Source of the DNA: a virus
Lineage: Duplodnaviria > Heunggongvirae > Uroviricota > Caudoviricetes
Length of the DNA: 47,835 bases
Virus record (IMG/VR): IMGVR_UViG_3300033076_000838
Coordinates: 1 to 47,835 of that record
Direction: 5' to 3' (one strand)
The position numbers and the translations under genes are program-made. Positions 35,939-45,477 of this stretch are shown here, piece after piece. Numbering within the stretch: position 1 is the first letter of the stretch; each line of letters starts with the position of its first letter. Below the pieces are notes generated by a model, which ran no database searches, was not told the origin of the DNA, and saw nothing but the letters and a program-made list of their open reading frames with translations.

Positions 35939-37720
35939 ATGGCAAAAAATTACGCAGAAGACTTAGGTTGGGAATTAGGTGTTGATTTTCCTGAGTGGGG
36001 TAATACGGAGGTATATGTTAAAACCATATCCAAAGGTTACTTACTTCCCGGAGAAACACCAAAAGATGCATATTGGAGAGTATCTACCAAAGTAGCACAA
36101 AGGTTGAATAAACCACAATTAGCATCCAAATTCTTCGATTATATTTGGCGTGGTTGGTTATGTTTGGCAACACCTGTGTTATCAAATACTGGTACGGATA
36201 GAGGTTTACCTATATCTTGTTTCGGTATTGATGTAGCAGATTCCATTTTTGATATTGGTAATAAAAACTTAGAGTTGATGTTACTTGCAAAACATGGTGG
36301 TGGTGTTGGTATTGGTATAAATCAGATTCGTCCTGCTGGTTCACCTATCACAGGAAATGGAACATCAGATGGTGTAATTCCATTTGCTAAGATATACGAT
36401 TCTACTATCCTTGCAACTAATCAAGGTTCAGTAAGAAGAGGAGCAGCATCAGTAAACTTAAACATCGAACATAAAGATTTTGAAGAGTGGTTGGAAATCA
36501 GAGAACCGAAAGGTGATGTGAACCGCCAATGTTTGAATATGCATCAATGTGCAGTAGTTGGTGATAAGTTTATGAGAAAGTTACAAGATGGTGATGAAGA
36601 GGCTAGAAGAAAATGGGGTAAATTACTTCAAAAGAGAAAGGCAACCGGAGAACCTTACATTATGTTTAAGGGGAACGTAAACAAACAAAATCCACCGATG
36701 TATAAACAAAATGGATTGAAAGTGTTTATGACTAACATCTGCTCTGAAATCGTTTTACATACTGATGAATCACATTCATTTGTATGTTGTTTATCTTCAT
36801 TAAACTTAGCAAAATATGATGAGTGGAAAGATACTGATTTAATTTACACATCGACTTGGTTCTTAGATGGAGTTCTTTCAGAATTCATTCAAAAGGCTAA
36901 GAATATGAAAGGTTTTGAAAATTCAGTACGTGCGGCAGAAAAAGGTAGAGCATTAGGTTTAGGTGTTTTAGGTTGGCACACTTATTTACAACAAAGAGGT
37001 ATTCCGTTTGAAGGTATGACCGCTCAATTTGAAACTCGTAAGATTTTCTCTCAAATGAAAATCGAATCAGAACAAGCAAGTAGAGATATGGCATCTGAAT
37101 TAGGAGAACCTTTATGGTGTAAAGATAGTGGATTCCGTAACACTCACTTACGTGCAATTGCACCGACAGTTTCCAATTCTAAATTGAGTGGAGATGTGAG
37201 TTCCGGTATCGAGCCGTGGGCAGCAAACGTATTTACCGAACAAACATCAAAAGGTACTTTCATTAGAAGAAACGCAGAATTAGAAAAGGTATTAAAGAAA
37301 GTTGGAATCAATACAAAAGAAACATGGGATAAAATCCTTGCAGATGGTGGTTCTATACAAGATATTGCTGAATTAGATAATTGGTGTTTTGTAAATGGAA
37401 AAGTAGTATTATGTTCAGAAGTAACCGATGAAGACAGACACAAAACCTTCAACGTTAAAGATGTATTCAAAACATTCAAAGAAATCAATCAGTTAGATTT
37501 GGTAAGACAAGCAGGTATTAGACAACAATATATTGACCAAGCAGTTTCATTAAACTTAGCATTCCCCGCAATTGCAGAACCAAAATGGATAAACCAAGTA
37601 ACATTAGAGGCTTGGAAACAAGGTGTGAAAACACTTTACTATATGAGAACGGAATCCGTATTGAGAGGTGATATTGCAACAAAAGCAATGGACCCTGAAT
37701 GTTTAAGTTGTGAAGGATAA
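35939..37720 (+). CDS. nrdA: Ribonucleotide reductase class I alpha subunit (short, no ATP cone)
   Basis: ATPVL.N.G, ISCF, GGGVG, QG..RRGA, TNICSE, CCLSSLNL, AIAPT, KTLYY, C-terminal CLSC. Confidence 0.96.
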   Translation: MAKNYAEDLGWELGVDFPEWGNTEVYVKTISKGYLLPGETPKDAYWRVSTKVAQRLNKPQLASKFFDYIWRGWLCLATPVLSNTGTDRGLPISCFGIDVADSIFDIGNKNLELMLLAKHGGGVGIGINQIRPAGSPITGNGTSDGVIPFAKIYDSTILATNQGSVRRGAASVNLNIEHKDFEEWLEIREPKGDVNRQCLNMHQCAVVGDKFMRKLQDGDEEARRKWGKLLQKRKATGEPYIMFKGNVNKQNPPMYKQNGLKVFMTNICSEIVLHTDESHSFVCCLSSLNLAKYDEWKDTDLIYTSTWFLDGVLSEFIQKAKNMKGFENSVRAAEKGRALGLGVLGWHTYLQQRGIPFEGMTAQFETRKIFSQMKIESEQASRDMASELGEPLWCKDSGFRNTHLRAIAPTVSNSKLSGDVSSGIEPWAANVFTEQTSKGTFIRRNAELEKVLKKVGINTKETWDKILADGGSIQDIAELDNWCFVNGKVVLCSEVTDEDRHKTFNVKDVFKTFKEINQLDLVRQAGIRQQYIDQAVSLNLAFPAIAEPKWINQVTLEAWKQGVKTLYYMRTESVLRGDIATKAMDPECLSCEG

Positions 37721-37740
37721 ACAAAAAGGAAAAACAAAAG

Positions 37741-38004
37741 ATGGTAACATTAAAGAAATTTTCAGCAGCATGGTGTGGCCCTTGTAGAGCATTAGCACCA
37801 GTGATTAACGAAATTAAGGGTCAATTCCCTAATGTACAATTTATAGATTATGATGTAGATGTTGCATTTAATGAAGCAACACAATATGGTATTCGTTCAG
37901 TACCGACAGTTATAATTGAGAAAGATGGTAAGGAGATTGAAAGATTTACCGGAGCATCTTCTAAAATGGCATATGTAAACGCATTAAATGAGTGTATCAA
38001 ATAA
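37741..38004 (+). CDS. trxA: Thioredoxin
   Basis: WCGPC active site and SVPT; adjacent to RNR. Confidence 0.93.
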   Translation: MVTLKKFSAAWCGPCRALAPVINEIKGQFPNVQFIDYDVDVAFNEATQYGIRSVPTVIIEKDGKEIERFTGASSKMAYVNALNECIK

Positions 38005-38173
38005 AAGAGTTGGTGAAAATCATCCTCGTGCAAAACTTACAAACGAACAAGTTAGAACAATAAGAGAACTCTTTAAACAAGGGTTCTCTACTAATGTTAT
38101 AGCTAGAAATTTTAAAGTTAGTAAGTGGAATGTGGAAGAAATTGTAAAACGTCACACTTGGACACACATTTAA
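37988..38173 (+). CDS. Small HTH protein resembling the DNA-binding tail of HNH homing endonucleases
   Basis: GENHPRAKLT..QV..IR...IARNFKVS...TW.HI. Confidence 0.7.
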   Translation: MSVSNKRVGENHPRAKLTNEQVRTIRELFKQGFSTNVIARNFKVSKWNVEEIVKRHTWTHI

Positions 38174-38205
38174 TTTGGAAATACGAAATATTTTTCGTAT
38201 CTTTG
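38174..38205 (+). promoter_or_regulatory. Bacteroidota sigma-A-type promoter of the putative modification operon
   Basis: TTTG-N20-TATCTTTG. Confidence 0.85.
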
Positions 38206-38229
38206 TAAAATATAAAAGAATAAAAGGTT

Positions 38230-39462
38230 ATGTATTTAGATTACTTTGATAAGTTTTATGGTATGACACCATATCTCTTTATCGGTAAAGAAGAATGGGA
38301 ATGGATTAAAGAAACTTTTAATAGAGAAGATGTAAAAGAATCTCTTGCAAAAGTAGCAGCAACATATGATATTCCATATGCAGAAATTACCGAAGGAGAA
38401 GCAAGAAACGAATATCTTAAATTAAAAGGATTTCGTTGGCACGAATTATTTACCGAAGGAGAATGGGTGCCACGAAAGGCATCTGAATCTCGTTATCCCT
38501 TAACATTTCAAGGTAAACAACAATTCGTTAGAAGAATAAACACTGGCAATCCTGCCTCAAATTATTTTCAACAAGCAAATAGATGGAGTGTCGATGGGAC
38601 AGTATCGCCTGGTCCATATAGGACTTGGAATAACCCTGATTTTATGTTCTCACTTATGGGTGGAATGTACACTTTGAAATTTGATGAGGTTAGTAAAAAT
38701 ACCCTAAGAACTTGTCTATCCTTACGAAAATATATTTGTTCACAATTCAAACCAAACGTTGCAAAAGTACTATACGATTTTGTAGAAGCAAAGAACGTAT
38801 TAGATATTTCAGCTGGATGGGGTGATAGATTGTGTGGATTTTATGCATCAGAATATGGTGAACATTATGTAGGTATCGACCCTCGTAAAGAAAATCACCC
38901 AATTTATAGACAACAAGCAGATTTCTATGAAAAAAATAATGGATTCTTTGAAACCGAAAAGAAATCTACATTTTATGAATCTCCTGCGGAAGATTTGGAT
39001 TTAAGTGAATATAAAGAATACTTTGATATAGTATTCAGTTCACCACCTTATTTTAATGTAGAGAGATATTCATATGATGATACTCAAAGTTGGGTTCGTT
39101 ATAAAACAATCGATGATTGGAATACTAATTTCTTACATAAAACAATTGCAAATGTATGGCCTACAATTCGTAAAGGTGGGTATCTTGCTGTAAACATTGC
39201 AGATGTATATGCATCATCAAAAGGTGATGGTAAAGGACAACAAGAAATTACCAACCCTATGAATGATTTTATTGGTACTCTTGAAGGTGCACATTACGAG
39301 GGATGTTTGGGTATGGAAATGGCCAAACGGCCGGGTTCTGCAGGTGCAGGAATGATTATAGATGGTGATGAAGAAAGATATTCCGAAGAAGAATTAAAAA
39401 AGAACGAAGAAGCAAAAGATAAAACATTTTGTGAACCAGTTTGGATTTGGCGTAAATTATAA
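38230..39462 (+). CDS. SAM-dependent amino-methyltransferase (DNA N4-C/N6-A type)
   Basis: Motif I VLDISAGWGDR, YVGIDP, motif IV FSSPPYF..ERYS. Confidence 0.85.
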   Translation: MYLDYFDKFYGMTPYLFIGKEEWEWIKETFNREDVKESLAKVAATYDIPYAEITEGEARNEYLKLKGFRWHELFTEGEWVPRKASESRYPLTFQGKQQFVRRINTGNPASNYFQQANRWSVDGTVSPGPYRTWNNPDFMFSLMGGMYTLKFDEVSKNTLRTCLSLRKYICSQFKPNVAKVLYDFVEAKNVLDISAGWGDRLCGFYASEYGEHYVGIDPRKENHPIYRQQADFYEKNNGFFETEKKSTFYESPAEDLDLSEYKEYFDIVFSSPPYFNVERYSYDDTQSWVRYKTIDDWNTNFLHKTIANVWPTIRKGGYLAVNIADVYASSKGDGKGQQEITNPMNDFIGTLEGAHYEGCLGMEMAKRPGSAGAGMIIDGDEERYSEEELKKNEEAKDKTFCEPVWIWRKL

Positions 39463-39473
39463 AATAAAAATAT

Positions 39474-40172
39474 ATGACAGTAATAGAAGCAACATCTCCC
39501 GGTGATGCATGGGTAAAGGTATCTAAACATCTTATTGCAAACGGAGAAAAAGTAGGTGATTTAACCGAAGAATTAAATGTGATGACAGAAATCACAAAGT
39601 TTGAATCTGATGATTGGTTTGACCCTCATTTCAGAGAGATTATGGGTGATGATAGAATTGATTACGCAAAGACCGTAACATTCTTAGAACCACAACCATT
39701 TGTTTCAGATTCTCCATTTTTTCAAGCAGAAGAAGGATTGGAATACAAATTCATTAAAGATAAATGGCATGATTCATATTGGGGTAGAATGGTTTCGTGG
39801 CAAGGTACATTTAATCAAGTAGAAAACGTAATCAAAATCTTAAAGACTGGTAAAGCAGTTAAAAGATGTGAATTGATTATCTTTGACCCAAGCAGAGATG
39901 CTAGAAATCCATACTCACAACCTTGTATGTTAGCAATTGATATTAAACCTCGTAATGGTAAAATCTACCTAACATCAATCATTCGTTCAAATAGAGTATC
40001 TAAATCCGGTTATGCAGATTACACTGCGTTAGTTGAAATGGGTAAATTCTTAGCAAAAGAAAGTGATATGCAATTAGAAAAAGTTTCAGTTTTGGCGTGT
40101 TCTTGTCATATTGGTAAAATGAATGATGAAACTAAAAAAACTCATAAATTATTAGAAGTCTTAAATAGATAA
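39474..40172 (+). CDS. Thymidylate synthase-fold protein, dCMP-hydroxymethylase-like (divergent)
   Basis: YWGRM, NQVE.VI..LK, IFDP..D, catalytic PC, IRSNRV...GYADY, SCH. Confidence 0.85.
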   Translation: MTVIEATSPGDAWVKVSKHLIANGEKVGDLTEELNVMTEITKFESDDWFDPHFREIMGDDRIDYAKTVTFLEPQPFVSDSPFFQAEEGLEYKFIKDKWHDSYWGRMVSWQGTFNQVENVIKILKTGKAVKRCELIIFDPSRDARNPYSQPCMLAIDIKPRNGKIYLTSIIRSNRVSKSGYADYTALVEMGKFLAKESDMQLEKVSVLACSCHIGKMNDETKKTHKLLEVLNR

Positions 40173-40173
40173 T

Positions 40174-41679
40174 ATGTGTGGAATCGTAGCAACCATAGGG
40201 TGTAGTAAAGATGAGGTAAATGAAATGTTGGAAGCGATAGAACATCGCGGAAGAGATAATAGAGGAATTAGAGAATTCCAATATGGAGATAAACACATCA
40301 TCTTAGGGCACAATCGTTTATCCATCAACGATACATCACCATTAGGAAATCAACCGATGGAATATGATGGGGTACAATTGGTAGTAAATGGTGAGATTTG
40401 GAATTATCCAACGTTGCGTAAAGAATACGAAGAACGAGGTTATACATTCAAATCAAATTCAGATTCAGAAATTATTCTTTTCTTATATAAAGAGGGTGAA
40501 TTGAATCGTTTAGATGGTATGTTTTCATTTGTAATATATGACAATAACAAATTACTATTATCAAGAGATTGGGTTGGTAAATTACCACTTTATATTCTAA
40601 ATAATAATGAATATATCATTGCAAGTGAAATTAAAGCAATCACTACTAAAACTAAAAGTGCAGATATTAAATTTGTACCAAAAAATAGTTTGGTAGAAAT
40701 AGATTTGGATACTGATAAACTTACGATTCATTCTAATTATTATTTTCAATTCTCAGCAGAACCTACTAAGGTAGAATCACATGAAGAGGTTGCAGAAACT
40801 ACATTTAAGTTATTAGAAAGAGCAGTAGATAAACGATTATTATCAGATGTACCTATTGCAACATCCCTAAGTGGTGGTATTGATTCCGCAGTTATTACTT
40901 ATTTACTTTCACAACGTATTCCAAACTTAAAAGCATATACCATTGCGTTTGATGAAACCTCTAAGGATTTACAAAAAGCAAGAGTTTGTGCCAAATATTT
41001 AGGAGTAGAATTGGTAGAGGTATTTGTCCCAAAAGATGATGAAATAATCAAACAACGTTTCTTAGAATCAATCAAAGTAATTGAATACCCATCGACAGTT
41101 CAAATGGAGGTAGGTATTTTACAATCATTTATCGCAGAACAAATGGCAAAGGATGGGATTAAAGTAGCATTTAGTGGTGAGGGTAGTGATGAATCATATG
41201 GTTCATATGGTACATTCAGAATGTTTAGTAAGAAACCAGATTGGAGTGATGTTCGTAAAAAATTATTTGAAAAACAATATCATGGAAACTTATTGAGAGG
41301 TAATACTATTTTTATGAATTATGGAACAATCGAATTAAGATGTCCATTCTTTGATACTGATTTTTTAAATTACACTACCAACTTAACCGATGAATTTCTT
41401 GCAGATAAAGGACAATGGAAAAGACCTCTTGCAGATGGATTTAGAGGTAAACTACCAGATGAGATATTAGACCAAGAAAAAAGGGCATTTCAAAAAGGAA
41501 CAAACTTTAAACAATACATCGAAGAAATTATTGTAAATGATAAGAATATCAATTTCAAAAATAGAAAGAAGATATTACACGTTATTGGTGATAATTTTGA
41601 AAAAATACATGGATTCTCCCATAAAAATATGAAAGGAGAATTATCATCAAATACAGGAGGAATTTACAAATGGATTTAA
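40174..41679 (+). CDS. Asparagine synthetase B-like glutamine amidotransferase / ATP pyrophosphatase
   Basis: MCGI Ntn nucleophile, HRG.D, HNRLSI, NGEIWN, SDSE, PP-loop SLSGGIDS, SGEGSDE, ELRCPFFD. Confidence 0.93.
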   Translation: MCGIVATIGCSKDEVNEMLEAIEHRGRDNRGIREFQYGDKHIILGHNRLSINDTSPLGNQPMEYDGVQLVVNGEIWNYPTLRKEYEERGYTFKSNSDSEIILFLYKEGELNRLDGMFSFVIYDNNKLLLSRDWVGKLPLYILNNNEYIIASEIKAITTKTKSADIKFVPKNSLVEIDLDTDKLTIHSNYYFQFSAEPTKVESHEEVAETTFKLLERAVDKRLLSDVPIATSLSGGIDSAVITYLLSQRIPNLKAYTIAFDETSKDLQKARVCAKYLGVELVEVFVPKDDEIIKQRFLESIKVIEYPSTVQMEVGILQSFIAEQMAKDGIKVAFSGEGSDESYGSYGTFRMFSKKPDWSDVRKKLFEKQYHGNLLRGNTIFMNYGTIELRCPFFDTDFLNYTTNLTDEFLADKGQWKRPLADGFRGKLPDEILDQEKRAFQKGTNFKQYIEEIIVNDKNINFKNRKKILHVIGDNFEKIHGFSHKNMKGELSSNTGGIYKWI

Positions 41680-42509
41680 GATTAAAAGGATTAAACGAAG
41701 ATACTCCATTAGAACTTTATCATATTAAAGGTAGAGAAGTTTGGGTAAAAAGAGATGACCTTATGGGGGATGGTATTACACTACCGCCGTGGGGTAAGAT
41801 AGCAGCAGTATATGAATTGGTAAAAAAATATGTGGATAGAAGCAAACCATTAACACATCTTTCGGTAGATGGTAGTTGGACAGCTTGGGTTCTTGCAGCA
41901 ATATGTGAACAATTAGATATTGAATTTTATGCATCACATCCTGATTCTAAAAAAATATCACAAGAGTATTTGAATTTAATTAAAGAAAAATATCCAAAAA
42001 CACATTTGAATCCTATTAGACCTAATATGATGCAAATTATGTATAATTCTTTAAGAGGTCAAGCTAGAGAAAACGGATGGCAAATGTTACCTTATGCTTT
42101 TGACCACGATTTCTATAAAGATTATCTTGCGGAAAGAATTCAACCATTTGTACATTTTGATAATTTAGTTGTATCATCAGGTAGTGGTGTAACCTTAGCA
42201 GGATTAGCAAGAGGATATTATAGAGAAGAATTGAAGGAATTTTTTCCTAATGTCAAACGAAAGATTTGGACAACATGTGTATCATCGGAAAGTTCAATCA
42301 AAAAAACACTTAAAAAAAGTGGAATACCAATTCCTTTGAACATTCGTAAATCAGAGTATCTTTTTGAGAATAGATTGGATGGGTATTCAGCTCCATTCCC
42401 TTGTAATCAATTTTGGGATATAAAGCAATGGAAATGGTTGGAAGAAAATATAGACCAAATTGAGGGTACAATCCTATTTTGGAATATTGGTGGAATTTAT
42501 AAGTTTTAA
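41670..42509 (+). CDS. Fold-type II PLP-dependent enzyme (ACC deaminase / D-cysteine desulfhydrase-like)
   Basis: TPLE...VWVKRDDL...GK, phosphate loop SSGSGVTLAG, C-terminal LFWNIG. Confidence 0.8.
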   Translation: MDLRLKGLNEDTPLELYHIKGREVWVKRDDLMGDGITLPPWGKIAAVYELVKKYVDRSKPLTHLSVDGSWTAWVLAAICEQLDIEFYASHPDSKKISQEYLNLIKEKYPKTHLNPIRPNMMQIMYNSLRGQARENGWQMLPYAFDHDFYKDYLAERIQPFVHFDNLVVSSGSGVTLAGLARGYYREELKEFFPNVKRKIWTTCVSSESSIKKTLKKSGIPIPLNIRKSEYLFENRLDGYSAPFPCNQFWDIKQWKWLEENIDQIEGTILFWNIGGIYKF

Positions 42510-42516
42510 TAAAACT

Positions 42517-42548
42517 TTTGGAAATACGAAAATAATTTCGTATCTTTG
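42517..42548 (+). promoter_or_regulatory. Bacteroidota sigma-A-type promoter
   Basis: TTTG-N20-TATCTTTG. Confidence 0.85.
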
Positions 42549-42571
42549 TGTAACATTAAATTAATATAATT

Positions 42572-45079
42572 TTGTATAAAAATATCTATTATCAACGCGA
42601 AAAAAATCTAATACATTTATGGGATTCTCATTTAGGTTATAGAACTTTCCCATATACTCGTTATGCATATGAAAGAGCAGAAAGAGGTGAAGCACGTTCT
42701 ATCTATGGTGATAGATTAACAAAAATTTACAAATACAAAAACGATGACCCCGATTTGTTTGAATCGGATGTACCAGAAACAACTCGTGTTTTGGTGGATA
42801 CTTATGTTGATTCTGATATTCCATCCGAAGGTATTGTAACGATGACCTTCGATATTGAGGTGGAAATGGAAAGTGGATTACCCGATACTGAAAAAGCAGA
42901 GAACGAACTTACCGCTATTGGTTTACAAGATAGTGTAACAAATCAATATTGGGTATTGGTAATGGATAAGAAAGGTCAAATGATTGAACGCAAAACCGAT
43001 AAGGCAATCGTAATACCTTTCAGAGATGAGAGAGATATGTGTATGAAATTCTTAGAGTTATACGAAGGAATTCAACCAGACATATTAACCGGTTGGAATA
43101 TTGATAATTTTGATATTCCGTACTTATTCAATCGAATGAAACGTATCTTAGGTGAATCGCAAGCAAAAAGATTATCACCAATTGGTCAAGCATTCTATTC
43201 ACCCTATCGTCAGAGATGGTTTTTAGCAGGTGTAAGTTGTTTAGATTATCTTTCTCTTTATAAGAAATTTAACTATAATGAATTACCTAACTACCGATTA
43301 GATACGATTGGTACAATTGAATTAGGTAAGGGTAAAATTGAGTATAAGGGTTCATTAGATGATTTATTCAACGAAGATATTGAAAAGTTTATTGAGTATA
43401 ACTTAGTCGATGTGGAGATTGTGGTAGAATTAGATAAGAAACTACAATTCATCGATTTATGTAGAGGTATCTGCCACGCAGGCCACGTTCCATATGAGGA
43501 TTTCGTTTATTCATCTAAATACTTAGAGGGTGCATTACTTTGTTTTCTTAAACGTAAAGGATTAGTTGCACCAAACAAACCGGCAGATAGAAAAGAGAAA
43601 CTTGCAGCAATGGCAGAAGCAGGTGAAGAAAAGTTCATCGGTGCATATGTAAAAGACCCTATTGTGGGTAAGTATGATTGGGTATATGACTTGGATTTAA
43701 CATCACTATACCCATCAATCATTATGACTTTAAACATTAGTCCAGAAACTAAGGTTGCTAAGATTTCAGATTGGGATGTTCAAGCCTTTATGAAAAAAGA
43801 GGTACAATATTATCAAATGGGAGATGATAGAATTTCTCGTGATAATTTAGAAAAATATATTAAAGAAGCAGATTTAACAATATCATCAAATGGTGTGTTA
43901 TATCGTAAAGATAAAATGGGATGTATTCCTGAAATATTAGATATTTGGTTTAATGAAAGGGTTGAATTTAGAAAATTGGAAAAAAAGTACGGCCAAGAGG
44001 GTGATAAAGAAAAATATGCCTTTTACGGCAAAAGACAATTGGTTCAAAAAATTCTACTTAACTCTCTTTATGGTGTTCTTGGCCTTCCTGCCTTTCGGTT
44101 TTACGATGTTGATAATGCAGAGGCAGTTACGACTACGGGTCAGACGGTTATTAAGAACTCGGCGAATATGGGGAACATCAAATACAACAAAGAATTAGGT
44201 ACAAAAGATGTAGATTCAAACATTTATATTGATACCGATTCAGTATTCTTTTCAGCAGTACCACTTTTAGATTTCCGTCATCCAAATTGGAAACAAATGC
44301 CAGATGCAGAAGTTGCACAATTGGTAGATGGTATTGCAGGTGAAATGCAAGATTACCTTAATAAATTCTACGATATACTTTCCGATAAATTCTTTAACGT
44401 ACAAAAACACCGATTAGAGATTAAGAAAGAATATGTTGCTAGAGCAGGTATTTGGATTGCAAAGAAACGATATGCACAATGGATTATTTCCAATAATGGT
44501 ATTGCAGTAGATAAATTAGATGTGAAAGGATTGGATGTTAAACGTTCATCATTTCCAAAGGCATTTCAGGAGTGTATGGGAACTGTCTTAATTGATATTC
44601 TTAGAGGTAAATCCGAAGAAGAAATTTCAGATTTCGTACTTGCATTTAAAAAGAGTATGATAGATAGACCAATCCAAGAGATTGCTAAAAACTCTGCAGT
44701 AAAAAACTTATCAAAATATCTACCGAAGAAAAGACAATTATTCCAAATGGAAAAAGGAGTACCTGCACACGTTAAAGCAGCAATCCTATATAATGATTGT
44801 TTAAAACACTTTAATGCTCCATTTAAGTATTCACCTATGAAAGATGGTGATAAAGTAAAGTGGGTATATTTGAAAAACAATCCATTAGGATTAGATGGAC
44901 TAGCATTTACAGGTTATGATGACCCCGAAGAGATTACAAATTTCATTTCAACTTATATAGACCATAATAGAATCTTTGAAGCTGAATTACAAGGTAAGTT
45001 ACAAGATTTCTTTAATGCTTTAAGTTGGGGTGATGTGATTAGTGAACAACGAACAGCAGAAAAATTCTTTAGCTTTTAG
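42572..45079 (+). CDS. Family B DNA polymerase (T4 gp43-like)
   Basis: Exonuclease FDIE, GWN...FDIPY, YNLVD; polymerase DLTSLYPSI, KILLNSLYG, YIDTDS, KKRYA; TTG start. Confidence 0.97.
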   Translation: MYKNIYYQREKNLIHLWDSHLGYRTFPYTRYAYERAERGEARSIYGDRLTKIYKYKNDDPDLFESDVPETTRVLVDTYVDSDIPSEGIVTMTFDIEVEMESGLPDTEKAENELTAIGLQDSVTNQYWVLVMDKKGQMIERKTDKAIVIPFRDERDMCMKFLELYEGIQPDILTGWNIDNFDIPYLFNRMKRILGESQAKRLSPIGQAFYSPYRQRWFLAGVSCLDYLSLYKKFNYNELPNYRLDTIGTIELGKGKIEYKGSLDDLFNEDIEKFIEYNLVDVEIVVELDKKLQFIDLCRGICHAGHVPYEDFVYSSKYLEGALLCFLKRKGLVAPNKPADRKEKLAAMAEAGEEKFIGAYVKDPIVGKYDWVYDLDLTSLYPSIIMTLNISPETKVAKISDWDVQAFMKKEVQYYQMGDDRISRDNLEKYIKEADLTISSNGVLYRKDKMGCIPEILDIWFNERVEFRKLEKKYGQEGDKEKYAFYGKRQLVQKILLNSLYGVLGLPAFRFYDVDNAEAVTTTGQTVIKNSANMGNIKYNKELGTKDVDSNIYIDTDSVFFSAVPLLDFRHPNWKQMPDAEVAQLVDGIAGEMQDYLNKFYDILSDKFFNVQKHRLEIKKEYVARAGIWIAKKRYAQWIISNNGIAVDKLDVKGLDVKRSSFPKAFQECMGTVLIDILRGKSEEEISDFVLAFKKSMIDRPIQEIAKNSAVKNLSKYLPKKRQLFQMEKGVPAHVKAAILYNDCLKHFNAPFKYSPMKDGDKVKWVYLKNNPLGLDGLAFTGYDDPEEITNFISTYIDHNRIFEAELQGKLQDFFNALSWGDVISEQRTAEKFFSF

Positions 45080-45082
45080 AAT

Positions 45083-45406
45083 ATGAAAGGATGGTATTGT
45101 ATATACGAATGTAGTCAAAATAAATGGTTGATGGAGGGAAATTGGTGGCAGTTGGATAGAGAATTTATTCCAGTTATGATGCCACTTACAACTAGATTAG
45201 ATAAAAATTGGAATAGTGATGGGGATGAACATTATGTTTTAACACAATATGACCACAAAAATATAATAACAATAGGTGAGGGTAAAATCAATCCCTGGTC
45301 AGTTTTTAAACGAGAAACTCTTAAAGAAGCAGAAGATTTTTTACTTAATGGTGGATTTACAACAAGTAATGGTGAATTTTATTCTATTCGTAAAATATAT
45401 TTTTAA
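45083..45406 (+). CDS. Hypothetical protein
   Basis: 107 aa ORF filling the gap between PolB and the next promoter. Confidence 0.6.
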   Translation: MKGWYCIYECSQNKWLMEGNWWQLDREFIPVMMPLTTRLDKNWNSDGDEHYVLTQYDHKNIITIGEGKINPWSVFKRETLKEAEDFLLNGGFTTSNGEFYSIRKIYF

Positions 45407-45412
45407 AATAAA

Positions 45413-45444
45413 TTTGGATAATTGGAAAATTATTCGTATCTTTG
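45413..45444 (+). promoter_or_regulatory. Bacteroidota sigma-A-type promoter
   Basis: TTTG-N20-TATCTTTG. Confidence 0.85.
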
Positions 45445-45477
45445 TAACAATAAATTAAATTAATAAAAAACAAACAA

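Noticed and set aside
40174-41679. Gat-QueC / 7-deazaguanine pathway interpretation of the amidotransferase
   Set aside because: The protein has AsnB-specific motifs (SGEGSDE, ELRCPF) and no QueC zinc cysteines; no folE, queD, queE or dpdA is in the window.
30830-45079. Introns or inteins in recA, helicase, nrdA, nrdB or polB
   Set aside because: All are uninterrupted and of normal or short length, with no splice-junction motifs.
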